DNA of 64,000 nt from an uncultured bacterium (GCA_964610505.1 CAZSXU010000008.1:52604-116603), one strand, 5' to 3'. Positions 1 to 10,412 are shown, counted from the first letter of the stretch. Program-made: numbers and translations. Notes: generated by a model not told the origin, from the sequence alone.

Positions 1-865
1 TGAAGGCCAGAGACAGCCCGACATGGTGGGTGGCCTCCAGAACCGGATGGTCGACGAAGGCGTAGTCGAAGTGAAAGACGCCCAGCTCAAACCCGGCGCC
101 GTACGTGAATTGCCAGTCCTCCGGCCCGCTCCGATCTTGTTCCATGCCGGCACGCAGGGCAAGCGCGTCAACAAGCCGAAGTTCTCCACCAAGATGAATT
201 CGGTCATCGATGTCCATCGCTACAACTCCGCGAGATCCAAACGCGTAGGCTGTGGCGAAGCGAGAGTTCTGCGGAAAGGCCACGCTCGACGTGCCGTCGA
301 AGTCAACCTCCGTGTCGAAGAGATCCTGTCCTACCCAGCCAAAACGCAGGCCCTTCCAGGGGGTCAGAAGGAGCCCCAGGTCCAGCCCCGTGCCGCTCCC
401 GCTTGTGACCTCGACGCCGTCCAGGTCCGTGTTGCGGGTGAGATACTTGACCGTGCTTCCCAGCGAGAACCACCGGTTGAGGCGGATTCCGTAGGACAGA
501 TCGAATCGGTTCTCTCCGAAACCGAGCTCATCATCATCGAATCCGGAGTGATACCAGTCGACGCCGATCGCCTGGCGCGGGCTCAGCGGAAGAACGAATG
601 CCGCGAAGTTGTCCTTGATGCCGAGCCCGAACAGATCGGCATGGGTAGCGGCAATCTCTTGATTCCCGATTCGAGAGAGACCTGCCGGGTTCCAGAAAAT
701 GGCCGACGCGTCGTTGGCAATGGACGTGAACGCTCCTCCCATTGCAAGGGCGCGCGGCCCGACCGGGACCTGGTACGACGGATTCACGGCGCCCGCTCCA
801 GCCGAAACGGCCAGAACCGATAGAACACATAGACTCCCTATCAACGGTCTGCCTCTCCCAAGCAT
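1..865 (-). CDS. PorV/PorQ (FadL-like) outer-membrane beta-barrel protein; partial, runs off the left edge
   Basis: Not in the ORF track because it has no stop in the window. Manual translation of the minus strand gives MLGRGRPLIGSLCVLSVLAVSAGA-GAVNPSYQVPVGPRALAMGGAFTSIANDASAIFWNPAGL..., with the family motif G.RALAMGGAF...DASA.FWNPAGL followed by amphipathic beta strands. An alternative in-frame ATG lies at 928. Confidence 0.85.
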   Translation of the reverse strand, partial: MLGRGRPLIGSLCVLSVLAVSAGAGAVNPSYQVPVGPRALAMGGAFTSIANDASAIFWNPAGLSRIGNQEIAATHADLFGLGIKDNFAAFVLPLSPRQAIGVDWYHSGFDDDELGFGENRFDLSYGIRLNRWFSLGSTVKYLTRNTDLDGVEVTSGSGTGLDLGLLLTPWKGLRFGWVGQDLFDTEVDFDGTSSVAFPQNSRFATAYAFGSRGVVAMDIDDRIHLGGELRLVDALALRAGMEQDRSGPEDWQFTYGAGFELGVFHFDYAFVDHPVLEATHHVGLSLAF

Positions 866-932
866 CGAAATCACCCCTTCCGGATCATACCGGTCATGGC
901 TGTTGACGGTCTTCCTCCAGAAGCTCATGTCA

Positions 933-3900
933 TCACCTCACGACGGCGAGTGTCTTCACCTGTTTCTCTCCCAGTGCCTCGACGGACACCAGGTAGAGCC
1001 CGTCGGGTACGATGGATCCGCCCCGGTCCCGTCCATCCCAGCGGACCAGGTTCGCGCCCGCGCTCAGGGACTTCCCCTCTATGATTTCACTCACGAGCCG
1101 CCCCGCGCGGTTGTAGATCTTCACGGACACAGGGCCGGAGCGGCTCAGGCTGAAACTGATCGAAACATCATTTTTCGCGAATGCACCGGTCGGGGAAAAC
1201 ACACGGGGGGAGAACGAAATCGATGTGAGTCCCTCTCCCACTCCGACGGCTCCATCGTCCGCGAAGAGCGAGTACCGCCCCTCCCGGGTAATCGCGGCAG
1301 AGATGATCCCAGTAGTGGCATCAATCGTTCCTCCAACGCGCTGCCAGTTCTGTCCATCCACCGTCAAGTACAGCGCAGGGACAAGGGGACTGACTCCGAT
1401 TTCGGGTTCTTGAAGCAGATGTCTGTCCCCTTCTTCCCTTGAAATTGGCACCTGTCCCCATTTCCCCCCCAGCGCCATCTCAAGCGTCGCAGGCTTCGCC
1501 AGAGTGACCCCTTCCCACGAAATGTCATAGCCGGGTGATACATTCACCGCTCCGCTCGAGAGCGTGTCCGGAACGGACCCGTCCTCGACCGCAGCAATAA
1601 CAACGGACGCTTCTTCCGAGAAGGCGCGAGGAACGAAGTAGAGATGGACCTTCCCATTCGTCGTGAAGACATCACCGCCGGACGAAACAGCGACCTTGGC
1701 CGGAGAAGTCTCTTCCGCCCATGGCGCTTCATTGTCCACGACTACCGTTGCGAGCGCTGCGCCCGTGAGTCCCAGCGTATCCGCAACCTCCAGGCGGAGT
1801 TCATAGCTTCCGTCGGGAAAGAGCGTTGTGTCCCATGACGCCAGCGTTGCTTCGGACAGAGGCGTGTCGGACTCCGCCAGCACGGTTGCCGGTGGAGAGC
1901 CCCAGTCCGCCGCGCCGGACGGACGGGCAAGCAGACGATACAGATCAAGACGGGCATCATCCGCCGTCCCCTGCACGGGACACGAGCCTCTCACCACTTC
2001 GCCGGCTGCCGGGGAATGAAGTACCGGGACAGGAGGAGTCGCATCAATCTCTATCGTCACGCTTGCAGGATAAGGATCCACATTGCCCAGACGATCCCTG
2101 GAGCGGACAGAGAACACATGACTCCCGTCGCCCAGGCCGTCAATCGTCCAGAAAGCAGAAGGGGATGGTGAAGACCAAGCGGAGCGATCCAGCGAATAGG
2201 AGAACTCGATTCCTCTCGTCTCCCGGTACGCGGCCTCGAAGGTCAGCGTGTGGCGCCGACTTGCCGAGATGCCCGCCGGCTCCGGATAAAATAGCGTCTT
2301 CGGCGGAACTCGATCCACGCTGTAGATGCTCACCCCGAGATCATCGCCCGGCCCCGAGTATGCACCGCCGACCCAGATCCGCCCCCGGCTATCTTGCGTG
2401 ATGGCTGCGATCCCACCCAGGAGGAGACCGTCACTCTCCGTGATGGTCGTCCAAAATTCTCCATCGAAGCGGCTGACCCCGACGCCCGTCCCGCACCAGA
2501 TGTTGCCTTCTGTGTCCTCGTAGAGGGTCGACACATAGTCTGCCGCCAGGCCATCGACGGAGGTGTACGTCATCCAGTTCTCACCATCGAACCGGCTGAC
2601 TCCCAGGGTGGTCGCCACCCACACGTCGCCGTCGCCGGCCACGACAAGATCCACAACGGCTGTGGACGCGAGCCCCTCGGCCTCTGTCCACCACGTCCAT
2701 GAGTTTCCGTCGAACCGCCCCACTCCGTAGCTCAAACCCGCGACCCAGATCCTCGATAGATCATCCTCGGCAACTGCGGTGAAATGCAGAGTCGGAAGCC
2801 CGTCGGACTCATCGAACGTCTCCCATACTGAATCGCGAATGCGGATCAATCCGGAGCCATCCATTGCCAGCCACATATCCCCCGAGCGGCTCTGGAAAAC
2901 GTCGACCACACCAACGGCGGGATAGGATGTCCAGACAGATCCGTCGAATACGCTGACACCGGCCTGCGTTCCTACCCACAGGCTTCCCTGTTGATCCAGC
3001 TCAAGACTGAGAATGTAGTCGGAGATTAGACCATCTCGGGTTGTGTAGGTTGTGATCGCGGGCTGATCGGTGAAGGTCGTGCCTGTTCCTTGCTCGTAGA
3101 GATTCAGACCATCCAGGGTCGCAATCCAGACGCTCCCGGGTGAGGCCTCCAGGATGTCGTGAATCCGATGACTGGTGATTCCACCGTTGGGGGTCACGTA
3201 GTCCCATGAGTCTGCATCAAAGCGAGCGGCGCCTGCAGGCGTGGCAATCCAGACGTTGCCCCGGGTATCCACCGTGATATCCATCGGGCACGTGTTGGGA
3301 AGACCATCGTCAAGGCCAAACCGTGTCCAGACCACTCCGTCGTATCGAAGAACCCCGTGCTCGCAGACGGCGAACCACAGATAGCCCATGTCATCTTCCG
3401 CGATCTCCGTGAAACTGGCCCCGGGATGATAGTCGACCGGTTCGCTGAAGACCGTCCACGTGTCTCCGTCAAAGCGAGAGACGGCCCTTCCCGCAAACCA
3501 GAGATTCCCCGAACGGTCCTCGTGAATCGCATAGATCCCATCTTCGCCGAGACCCTCGGCGGTCGTCAGTGTAGACCAGGTGGTCCCATCGAAGCGACTC
3601 ACCCCGGAGCTCGTCCCGAACCAGAATGCCCCCTGGGAATCCTCCATCAGGCAGTGCACCCAGTTGTCCGCAAGCCCATCCTCGGTTCTGTACGTCTCCC
3701 ACGTATTCCCGTCAAAGCGGGCGACACCGCCGACCGTGGCAAACCATAGATCGCCGGAATCATCTTCCATCATTCCCGTGACCATGAAATGCGGGAGCTC
3801 GTTGTTCCATGAGAAGTACTCCCAACCTTCTCCGTCAAATCCGGCGACCGAATAACCGGTGGGAGGGCCTGTTTGGCTGGTGAACCACATGCGGCCATTC

Positions 3901-4184
3901 TGGTCCTCCAGAATATCCGACACCCTGTCCAGGTGCAGACCTTCCTCCCCTGTAAGATTCGACCAGTTCCGGCCGTCGTATCGACAAGCCCCGCCGGATG
4001 CTGCCCCGAACCAGAGATTGCCGTTCGAGTCTTCAAAGACACTCTGAACGTTGGATGCGATGAGACCGTCCGCCGGCACGAAAGTCTGCCAGCCGGCCTC
4101 CGCCGGGCATGCGGCGCCGAGGACGACCATCAGAAACACTCCGAGCCCCTTCCTTCGCCAACCGCTATCTGTTCCGGTCCTCAT
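933..4184 (-). CDS. Secreted two-component-regulator-propeller (Reg_prop) protein, paralog 1: 14 blades, Y_Y_Y-like Ig, Ig, ZU5-like, FlgD/T9SS-like CTD
   Basis: Signal peptide then WQTF; 14 D..G.(L/I/V)W(F/I/V)(G/A)T blades; EFSYSLD...W...DG.H.F.VRSRD Ig domain; C-terminus SPRVFSP...KIYNRAGRLV...WDGRD...GLYLV...KTLAVVR. Its start overlaps the upstream stop (ATGA). Confidence 0.9.
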   Translation of the reverse strand: MRTGTDSGWRRKGLGVFLMVVLGAACPAEAGWQTFVPADGLIASNVQSVFEDSNGNLWFGAASGGACRYDGRNWSNLTGEEGLHLDRVSDILEDQNGRMWFTSQTGPPTGYSVAGFDGEGWEYFSWNNELPHFMVTGMMEDDSGDLWFATVGGVARFDGNTWETYRTEDGLADNWVHCLMEDSQGAFWFGTSSGVSRFDGTTWSTLTTAEGLGEDGIYAIHEDRSGNLWFAGRAVSRFDGDTWTVFSEPVDYHPGASFTEIAEDDMGYLWFAVCEHGVLRYDGVVWTRFGLDDGLPNTCPMDITVDTRGNVWIATPAGAARFDADSWDYVTPNGGITSHRIHDILEASPGSVWIATLDGLNLYEQGTGTTFTDQPAITTYTTRDGLISDYILSLELDQQGSLWVGTQAGVSVFDGSVWTSYPAVGVVDVFQSRSGDMWLAMDGSGLIRIRDSVWETFDESDGLPTLHFTAVAEDDLSRIWVAGLSYGVGRFDGNSWTWWTEAEGLASTAVVDLVVAGDGDVWVATTLGVSRFDGENWMTYTSVDGLAADYVSTLYEDTEGNIWCGTGVGVSRFDGEFWTTITESDGLLLGGIAAITQDSRGRIWVGGAYSGPGDDLGVSIYSVDRVPPKTLFYPEPAGISASRRHTLTFEAAYRETRGIEFSYSLDRSAWSSPSPSAFWTIDGLGDGSHVFSVRSRDRLGNVDPYPASVTIEIDATPPVPVLHSPAAGEVVRGSCPVQGTADDARLDLYRLLARPSGAADWGSPPATVLAESDTPLSEATLASWDTTLFPDGSYELRLEVADTLGLTGAALATVVVDNEAPWAEETSPAKVAVSSGGDVFTTNGKVHLYFVPRAFSEEASVVIAAVEDGSVPDTLSSGAVNVSPGYDISWEGVTLAKPATLEMALGGKWGQVPISREEGDRHLLQEPEIGVSPLVPALYLTVDGQNWQRVGGTIDATTGIISAAITREGRYSLFADDGAVGVGEGLTSISFSPRVFSPTGAFAKNDVSISFSLSRSGPVSVKIYNRAGRLVSEIIEGKSLSAGANLVRWDGRDRGGSIVPDGLYLVSVEALGEKQVKTLAVVR
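987..1062. repeat. 76-bp block identical to 4235-4310 (CTD-coding region of paralogs 1 and 2)
   Basis: Direct base-by-base comparison: CACCAGGTAGAGCCCG...GGTTCGCGCCCGCG is identical in both copies. Confidence 0.9.
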
Positions 4185-7100
4185 CTCACCACCGCCAGGG
4201 TCTTGACCTGTTTCTCGCCCAATGCTTCGACGGCCACCAGGTAGAGCCCGTCGGGTACGATGGATCCGCCCCGGTCCCGTCCATCCCAGCGGACCAGGTT
4301 CGCGCCCGCGTTCAGTGTCGTCCCGGCAACCACCTCATCCACCAGACGTCCTGCCCGATTGTAGATCTTCACCGTCACCGGACCCGACCGGCCGAGAGAG
4401 AAACTGATCGAGACCTCTTCATTCGCAAACGCGCCCGTCGGAGAAAACACGCGGGGAGAGAAGGATATGGATGAGAGCCCCTCACCTGTTCCCGCACCTC
4501 CGCTGTCCACGAAGAGCGAGTACCGACCTTCCCGCGTGACGGCAGCCGAGATTGTGCCGGCGCTCGAATCGATCGTCCCGCCGACCCGCTCCCAGTCACC
4601 GCCCTCGGGGAGCACGTACAGCGAGACGTTGTTCTTCTCTTCTCCTATCTCCAACTTCAGCGTCGCAGGCTTTGCCAGAAATGCCCCTCCCCACGAGATG
4701 TCGTATCCCGGTGACACATTCACCGGGCCATCGGGAAGAGAGTCCGGAACGGTGGAAGCGTCCACCGCTTCGACCACGACAACTACATCCTGTGAGAAGC
4801 ATCGCGGGGAGAAGTAGAGACGCACGTCTCCCTCTGTCGTGTAGACGCCCCCGCCGGATGAAGCGCTTACCACCGCGGGTGTTGTCTCGGTTGCCCAGGG
4901 CGCTTCATTGTCCACAATCACCTCAACCAGGTCCGTCCCCACGAGCCCCAGGGTATCCGCCACCTCCAAACGCAATTCGTACAATCCATCCGGCAGCCCC
5001 GTCACTTCCCAGTCGCCGATCACTCCGGCCTCCACCGGAGAGGAGGACTCCACGATGACGGTCGCATCCGGCGATTCCCAGGAAGACGCCGAGGCCGGTC
5101 GAGCCTTGAGCTGCAGAGCCTCAAACCGGAGATCCGACGCTGTTCCCGATACCGTGATGGCTCCGCGTGCAGCGCCTCCATAGGACGGCGAGGAAATCAC
5201 CGGGGCCGGTGGAGTTGCATCGATCTCAAAGGAGATCCGGGCGGGCGTGGGTTCGACATTGAACAACCGATCGCGGGAACGGACCCTTAGCGTGTGAACT
5301 CCGTCGTAGACTTCACTTTGACTGAAGCTACCGAGCGCCGACCACGAGGACCACGGTCCCTCATCAAACGAGTATGAAAACTCGATGTGCGACTCACCAT
5401 GCGCAGCCTCGAAGAACGCACCCACCTGCCGGTTCGCGGAAAGTGCGGCGGGTTCAGCCCGAAAGTGGGTCTGCGGATGCACCCTGTCGGCCTCGTACTT
5501 TGAAAGCCCGGTCAACGTGCCGAACCAGAGGTTCCCGGCGTAGTCTTCCTCAATCGCGTAGCTGGAGAAGTTGGCGATCCCGTCACTTGGCGTGAAGGTC
5601 GTCCAGTTCTCTCCGTTGTAGCGGCTCACTCCCGCTTCTGTCGAGAACCACAGGTTCCCGACGCGATCTTCAAGGATGTGCTGCACCTGGTCGCCGGCAA
5701 GTCCGTCGTCCACCGTGAATTCCGTCCAGTGCTCCCCGTCCCAACGACCCGCCCCCCCGCCCACATCGAACCAGAGATTCCCATCGCTGTCCTCAAACAT
5801 GGCTGTTCCATGGCAGATGTTCACGCTGTCGTAAGGCATAAACGTCGTCCAGGTCTCTCCGTCAAAGCGATTGACCCCTTCCCAGGTCATGAACCAGATA
5901 TCCCCGATCTCATCCGCGAGACCGGCGCGAACATGGTTGTCCGCGAGACCGTGCTCGGTGGTAAAGGTCGTCCAGGTATCTCCGTCGAAGTGGCTGACAC
6001 CCCCGCCGTTGGTTCCAAACCACAGGCCCCCGCCATGGTCCTCCACGATCGCCAGGACACCGTTGTATGCCAGGCCGTGATCTTCGGAATAGGTTGTCCA
6101 GTTCGTACCGTCGAAATGCGCCACCCCACCTGTCAACGTCCCGAACCAAAGTCCGCCGTCTTGATCCTCCAGAATGGTCTTTATCGTCTCGTCCGGCAAC
6201 CCGTCTTCCACTCCATAGCTCACCCAGGTCTTCCCATCAAACCGCGTCAGTCCCGTCCACGTGCCGACCCACAGATCTCCGGACGCGTCCTCGAGAAGAG
6301 ATTCCACCCGCCGGCCGGCCAATCCATCGTCTTCTGTGAAAGTCGACCAGTCCTCCCGGTCGTAGCGGCTGACACCGAGACGCGTTCCGAACCAAAGGTT
6401 GCCGGCGCGGTCCTCTGCAATGGCTTCTACATAATTATTGCTCACCAGGCCGTCGTCGATCGTGAACGTTCTCCAGTTCGTTCCATCGAAGCGGCTCACG
6501 CCTCCGAACATCGTCCCGAACCAGAGATTCCCGTCCCGGTCCTCGTGCATGGAATAGACCCAGTCGTCGGAAAGACCATCGTCCGTGGTGAAAGTGGTCC
6601 AGGTTTCTCCGTCAAAGCGTGTGGCACCTCCGCCGGTCGCTACCCAGACATGTCCACGGCTGTCCGCCATGACATCCAGCACAGTGTCGTCAGGCAAGAC
6701 GTCGTCTTTTGTGTAGGTTGTCCAGGTTGTACCGTCGAAGCGTGACAGTCCACTGTTCCGAGTACCGAACCAGAAGTCTCCGACGCTGTCCTGCACTATG
6801 GCCCGCAGATCATCTTCCGCCAGACCATCGCTTTCCGAGTAAGTCGTCCACGTCGTTCCGTCAAAGCGGCTGACCCCACCTCCCCACGTCGCAAACCAGA
6901 AATTCCCTTGGCGATCCTCGATGATAGCCCTCACGTCCTCGTCCGCCAAGCCGTCCGCCTCCTGGTACACAATCCAACCTGATCCATCGAAGCGGCTCAC
7001 GCCCTTGTCCGTGGCGAACCAAAGATTGCCTTCGCTGTCTTCGACAATCGCTTTCACGTCGTCATCGACCAGACCGTCGGCTTCCGTGTAGGTGGTCCAC

Positions 7101-7294
7101 ATAATCCCGTCGTAGCAACTAAGGTTGCTGGAGGTGCCAATCCAGATGTTGCCATCGCGATCTTCAAGGACGGATGTGACATGGTTATGGACCAGTCCAT
7201 CCGATGTATCAAAGGTCTGCCACTCCGATGCGGCATCTCCCGCCGAAAAAGCAATTACCGATGACAGCAGCAGAGTGAAGATGGTGACCTTCAT
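4181..7294 (-). CDS. Secreted Reg_prop propeller protein with CTD, paralog 2
   Basis: Same architecture as paralog 1; 14 blades counted; signal peptide MKVTIFTLLLSSVIAFSAGDAA. Confidence 0.9.
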   Translation of the reverse strand: MKVTIFTLLLSSVIAFSAGDAASEWQTFDTSDGLVHNHVTSVLEDRDGNIWIGTSSNLSCYDGIMWTTYTEADGLVDDDVKAIVEDSEGNLWFATDKGVSRFDGSGWIVYQEADGLADEDVRAIIEDRQGNFWFATWGGGVSRFDGTTWTTYSESDGLAEDDLRAIVQDSVGDFWFGTRNSGLSRFDGTTWTTYTKDDVLPDDTVLDVMADSRGHVWVATGGGATRFDGETWTTFTTDDGLSDDWVYSMHEDRDGNLWFGTMFGGVSRFDGTNWRTFTIDDGLVSNNYVEAIAEDRAGNLWFGTRLGVSRYDREDWSTFTEDDGLAGRRVESLLEDASGDLWVGTWTGLTRFDGKTWVSYGVEDGLPDETIKTILEDQDGGLWFGTLTGGVAHFDGTNWTTYSEDHGLAYNGVLAIVEDHGGGLWFGTNGGGVSHFDGDTWTTFTTEHGLADNHVRAGLADEIGDIWFMTWEGVNRFDGETWTTFMPYDSVNICHGTAMFEDSDGNLWFDVGGGAGRWDGEHWTEFTVDDGLAGDQVQHILEDRVGNLWFSTEAGVSRYNGENWTTFTPSDGIANFSSYAIEEDYAGNLWFGTLTGLSKYEADRVHPQTHFRAEPAALSANRQVGAFFEAAHGESHIEFSYSFDEGPWSSWSALGSFSQSEVYDGVHTLRVRSRDRLFNVEPTPARISFEIDATPPAPVISSPSYGGAARGAITVSGTASDLRFEALQLKARPASASSWESPDATVIVESSSPVEAGVIGDWEVTGLPDGLYELRLEVADTLGLVGTDLVEVIVDNEAPWATETTPAVVSASSGGGVYTTEGDVRLYFSPRCFSQDVVVVVEAVDASTVPDSLPDGPVNVSPGYDISWGGAFLAKPATLKLEIGEEKNNVSLYVLPEGGDWERVGGTIDSSAGTISAAVTREGRYSLFVDSGGAGTGEGLSSISFSPRVFSPTGAFANEEVSISFSLGRSGPVTVKIYNRAGRLVDEVVAGTTLNAGANLVRWDGRDRGGSIVPDGLYLVAVEALGEKQVKTLAVVR

Positions 7295-7298
7295 CTCA

Positions 7299-10200
7299 TT
7301 ACCTCACGACTGCAAGTGTCTTAATCCGTTTCTCTCCCAGTGCCTCGACGGATACCAGGTAGAGCCCGTCCGGTACGGCGGATCCGTCCAGATCCCTCCC
7401 GTCCCACCGAACCAGGTTCGCGCCCGCTTTCATCGTCTTCCCGGCAACCACCTCGTCCACCAGACGTCCTGCCCGATTGTAGATCTTCACTGTTACGGGT
7501 CCGGAGCGACCCAAGGAAAAGCTGATCGCCACCTCGTCGTCGGCAAACCCTCCCGTCGGCGAGAAGATCCGTGGAGACATCGCGAGTACCGACAGGCCCG
7601 TTCCGCTGTCCATCGAATGGGTCTCCGCGAACACCGCGTAGCGGCCTTCTGCGGAGATCACTGTTGAGATCGTCTCTGAATCTGAATCAAGACTTCCGCC
7701 CGCGCGCTCCCATTCATCCGGCCCTGTCTGCCGATACACGACCGGCGTCGCAGCACCAACCTTGGCGGCGAGCAACAGGTCAAGAGTGACTACCTTCGAA
7801 AGACCCGCACTCTCCCAGGAAATGTCGTAGGCCGGCCCCAGGAACGTGCCCCCCGTCGCCAGCGTGTCCAGGATCGCCCCATCCTCGACGGCCGCAGCCG
7901 TAACGGTAACTTCTTCCCCGAAAGTGTGGGGCGGGAAATAGAGATGAAGCTCGCCGCCGGTGGTGTATACATGCCCACCGTCGGATACACTTACCACGGC
8001 AGGCGCCGTCTGACTGACCCATGGGAATTCGTTGTCAACGATCACCCGGATCTGCCGGAGGCCCGTGAGCGACAGCGTGTCGCTGACTTCGAGTCTCAAA
8101 TCATATTCCCCATCCTCAAGAAGCGACGTATTCCACCACGCGAGAACGCCGTCCGAAACGGGATACTCGGATTCCAGGAGCACTGTGGCGGCCGGCGTGC
8201 CCCAATCTTCTTCCCCGGCGGGGCGAACCAGCAGACGGTAGTGACTGAATCGAGGATCATCGGCCGTACCCTTGACATAGGTCTCGCCCTGCACGACATC
8301 CCCGTAGGCGGGAGAGATGATCTGCGGCGCGGGGGGCGTCGTGTCGATCTCAAATACCAGGCGGAGCGGACTCGGCTCCAGGTTGAAAAGCCGGTCGCGG
8401 GACTGCACCCGGAACTCATGCGTTCCGTCCGCCAAGCCCGGCCGACTGAAGCTGTTGACTCGGGACCACGGGGACCACGGCTCGCCGTCCAGTGAATACG
8501 AGAACTCGATATCCGGCTCCCGGAATGCGGCGGTAAACGCGACTTCCACCTGGGGCGTCGGAGACACGGCCGTAGGCTCCAGGAGAAACCGACTCCTGGG
8601 CGACACCCGATCGGGCTCATGGACGGAGAGACCATATTCCGTCCCGATCCAGAGACTTGCACCATGATCCAGGACGATATCCCAGACCGTATTGTGGACC
8701 AGCCCGTCCGCTTGCGTGAAGGTGAGCCACCGCTCGCCGTCATAGCGAGCCAGGCCTGAGTGCTGAGTCCCGACCCAGAAGTTGCCGTCCAGGTCCTCCA
8801 CGATCGAAGAAATGAGGTCCTCTGCGAGTCCATCGTCTTCGTCAAAGGTGGTCCACACCTCTCCGTCGTAGCGGCCGACCCCTCCATAGGTTCCGAACCA
8901 AAGATTGCCCGAGGCGTCTTCGAGGATGTCCGTGATGCAGTTGCTGGGAAGACCGTCCCCGCTCGTGTAGGTGACCCAACTCTGGCCGTCGTAGCGACTC
9001 AGACCGTCGTATATCGTGCCGAACCAAAGGGTGTGGGTCCGATCCTCCAGGATCACGAAGACCTCGTTATCCACCAGTCCGTCCGCTGTTGTGTAGGTCG
9101 TCCACGTTGTGCCGTCATAGCGCGTGGCCCCGCCGCCCGTCGCAAACCACAGGTTGCCGGCGTGATCCAGCGCGACGTCCCACACGGTGTTGTGCGCCAG
9201 ACCGTCGTCGGTCGTGAACGTTGTCCAACTCTCTCCGTCGAACCGGCTCACTCCCTCCCAGGTGGCGGCCCAGAGATTGCCCGCGAGGTCTTCCTCGATC
9301 GCTCGAACGACATCGTCCCCCAGACCGTCGGCCACCGTGAAAGGGGTCCAGACATTCCAGTCGTAGTGCAGGACGCCGCCGCTGGTAGCGAACCAGAGAT
9401 CTCCCGAGCTGTCGATGAACACCTCCCGCACCTTGTGATGGGGTAGAGCGTCTTCCTCCGTGTAGGTTGTCCACTGTTCCTGGTCGAACCGGCTCACTCC
9501 CGCGGGTCCTCCGAACCAGAGATTTCCGGTGCTGTCTTCTTCGAGTGAATAGACAACATTCCAGATCAGGCCATCTTCCTTCGTGAATGTCCTCCACTGG
9601 CGTCCATCGAAACGAGCGACTCCCTTGCTTGTCCCGAACCAGAGGTTTCCGCTTCGGTCGTAGATCATCGCGTAGACGGCATCGCTGGGCAGTCCATTCT
9701 CTTCCGTGTAGAGGTCCCAGGTCTCTCCGTCGAACCGACTCACGCCACCATATGTCCCGATCCATATGGCGCCGGATGAATCCGCCAGGATCGAGGTCGT
9801 TTTGTCATAGACCAGTCCATCCTCCTCTGTGAACGCGGACCATGTGACGCCGTCGAAGCGCGCCACGCCCCCCCGGGTAGCGAACCATAGGCTTCCGGCG
9901 GCATCTTCACAGATGGCCGTTACCCATTCGTCGATGAGGCCGCCGTCCTCGCCGTAGGTTCTCCAGGTCTCGCCATCGTAGCGCACCAGCCCACGCTTCG
10001 TTCCGAACCACAGGATTCCCGCCCGGTCTTCGTAGATAGTGGTCACGTCGTCCGAGGGAAGGGTTTCACCCTGCCTGTACGTCGTCCACGTGGTTCCGGT
10101 GAACCGGCTCAAGCCGTCGTTCGTTCCGATCCAGAGATCCCCGGCGCTGTCCTCAAGAATCGAACTTGCGCCGTCGCCCGCCAGGCCGTCCTCTTCCGTG

Positions 10201-10412
10201 AACGGGATCCAGGTCAACCCGTCGAAGCGAGTGGCGCCGGGTCTGGTAAGAAACCAGAGATACCCGGCCCGGTCTTCGTAGATTCTCCACACCTCGCCGG
10301 GGAGCAGACCGTCCGCCGCATCGTAGCTCTGCCATGCACCGGAAGCTCCCGACGTCGGGAGAAGGATGGTGACCAGCAAAACCGATATGATGATTCCAGC
10401 TCGCATCTTCAT
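7299..10412 (-). CDS. Secreted Reg_prop propeller protein with CTD, paralog 3
   Basis: Same architecture; 14 blades; ATGA overlap with the upstream paralog. Confidence 0.9.
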   Translation of the reverse strand: MKMRAGIIISVLLVTILLPTSGASGAWQSYDAADGLLPGEVWRIYEDRAGYLWFLTRPGATRFDGLTWIPFTEEDGLAGDGASSILEDSAGDLWIGTNDGLSRFTGTTWTTYRQGETLPSDDVTTIYEDRAGILWFGTKRGLVRYDGETWRTYGEDGGLIDEWVTAICEDAAGSLWFATRGGVARFDGVTWSAFTEEDGLVYDKTTSILADSSGAIWIGTYGGVSRFDGETWDLYTEENGLPSDAVYAMIYDRSGNLWFGTSKGVARFDGRQWRTFTKEDGLIWNVVYSLEEDSTGNLWFGGPAGVSRFDQEQWTTYTEEDALPHHKVREVFIDSSGDLWFATSGGVLHYDWNVWTPFTVADGLGDDVVRAIEEDLAGNLWAATWEGVSRFDGESWTTFTTDDGLAHNTVWDVALDHAGNLWFATGGGATRYDGTTWTTYTTADGLVDNEVFVILEDRTHTLWFGTIYDGLSRYDGQSWVTYTSGDGLPSNCITDILEDASGNLWFGTYGGVGRYDGEVWTTFDEDDGLAEDLISSIVEDLDGNFWVGTQHSGLARYDGERWLTFTQADGLVHNTVWDIVLDHGASLWIGTEYGLSVHEPDRVSPRSRFLLEPTAVSPTPQVEVAFTAAFREPDIEFSYSLDGEPWSPWSRVNSFSRPGLADGTHEFRVQSRDRLFNLEPSPLRLVFEIDTTPPAPQIISPAYGDVVQGETYVKGTADDPRFSHYRLLVRPAGEEDWGTPAATVLLESEYPVSDGVLAWWNTSLLEDGEYDLRLEVSDTLSLTGLRQIRVIVDNEFPWVSQTAPAVVSVSDGGHVYTTGGELHLYFPPHTFGEEVTVTAAAVEDGAILDTLATGGTFLGPAYDISWESAGLSKVVTLDLLLAAKVGAATPVVYRQTGPDEWERAGGSLDSDSETISTVISAEGRYAVFAETHSMDSGTGLSVLAMSPRIFSPTGGFADDEVAISFSLGRSGPVTVKIYNRAGRLVDEVVAGKTMKAGANLVRWDGRDLDGSAVPDGLYLVSVEALGEKRIKTLAVVR

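Noticed and set aside
23-823. 266-aa plus-strand ORF
   Set aside because: Antisense shadow of the PorV-like gene, which is open on the minus strand with a clear family motif.
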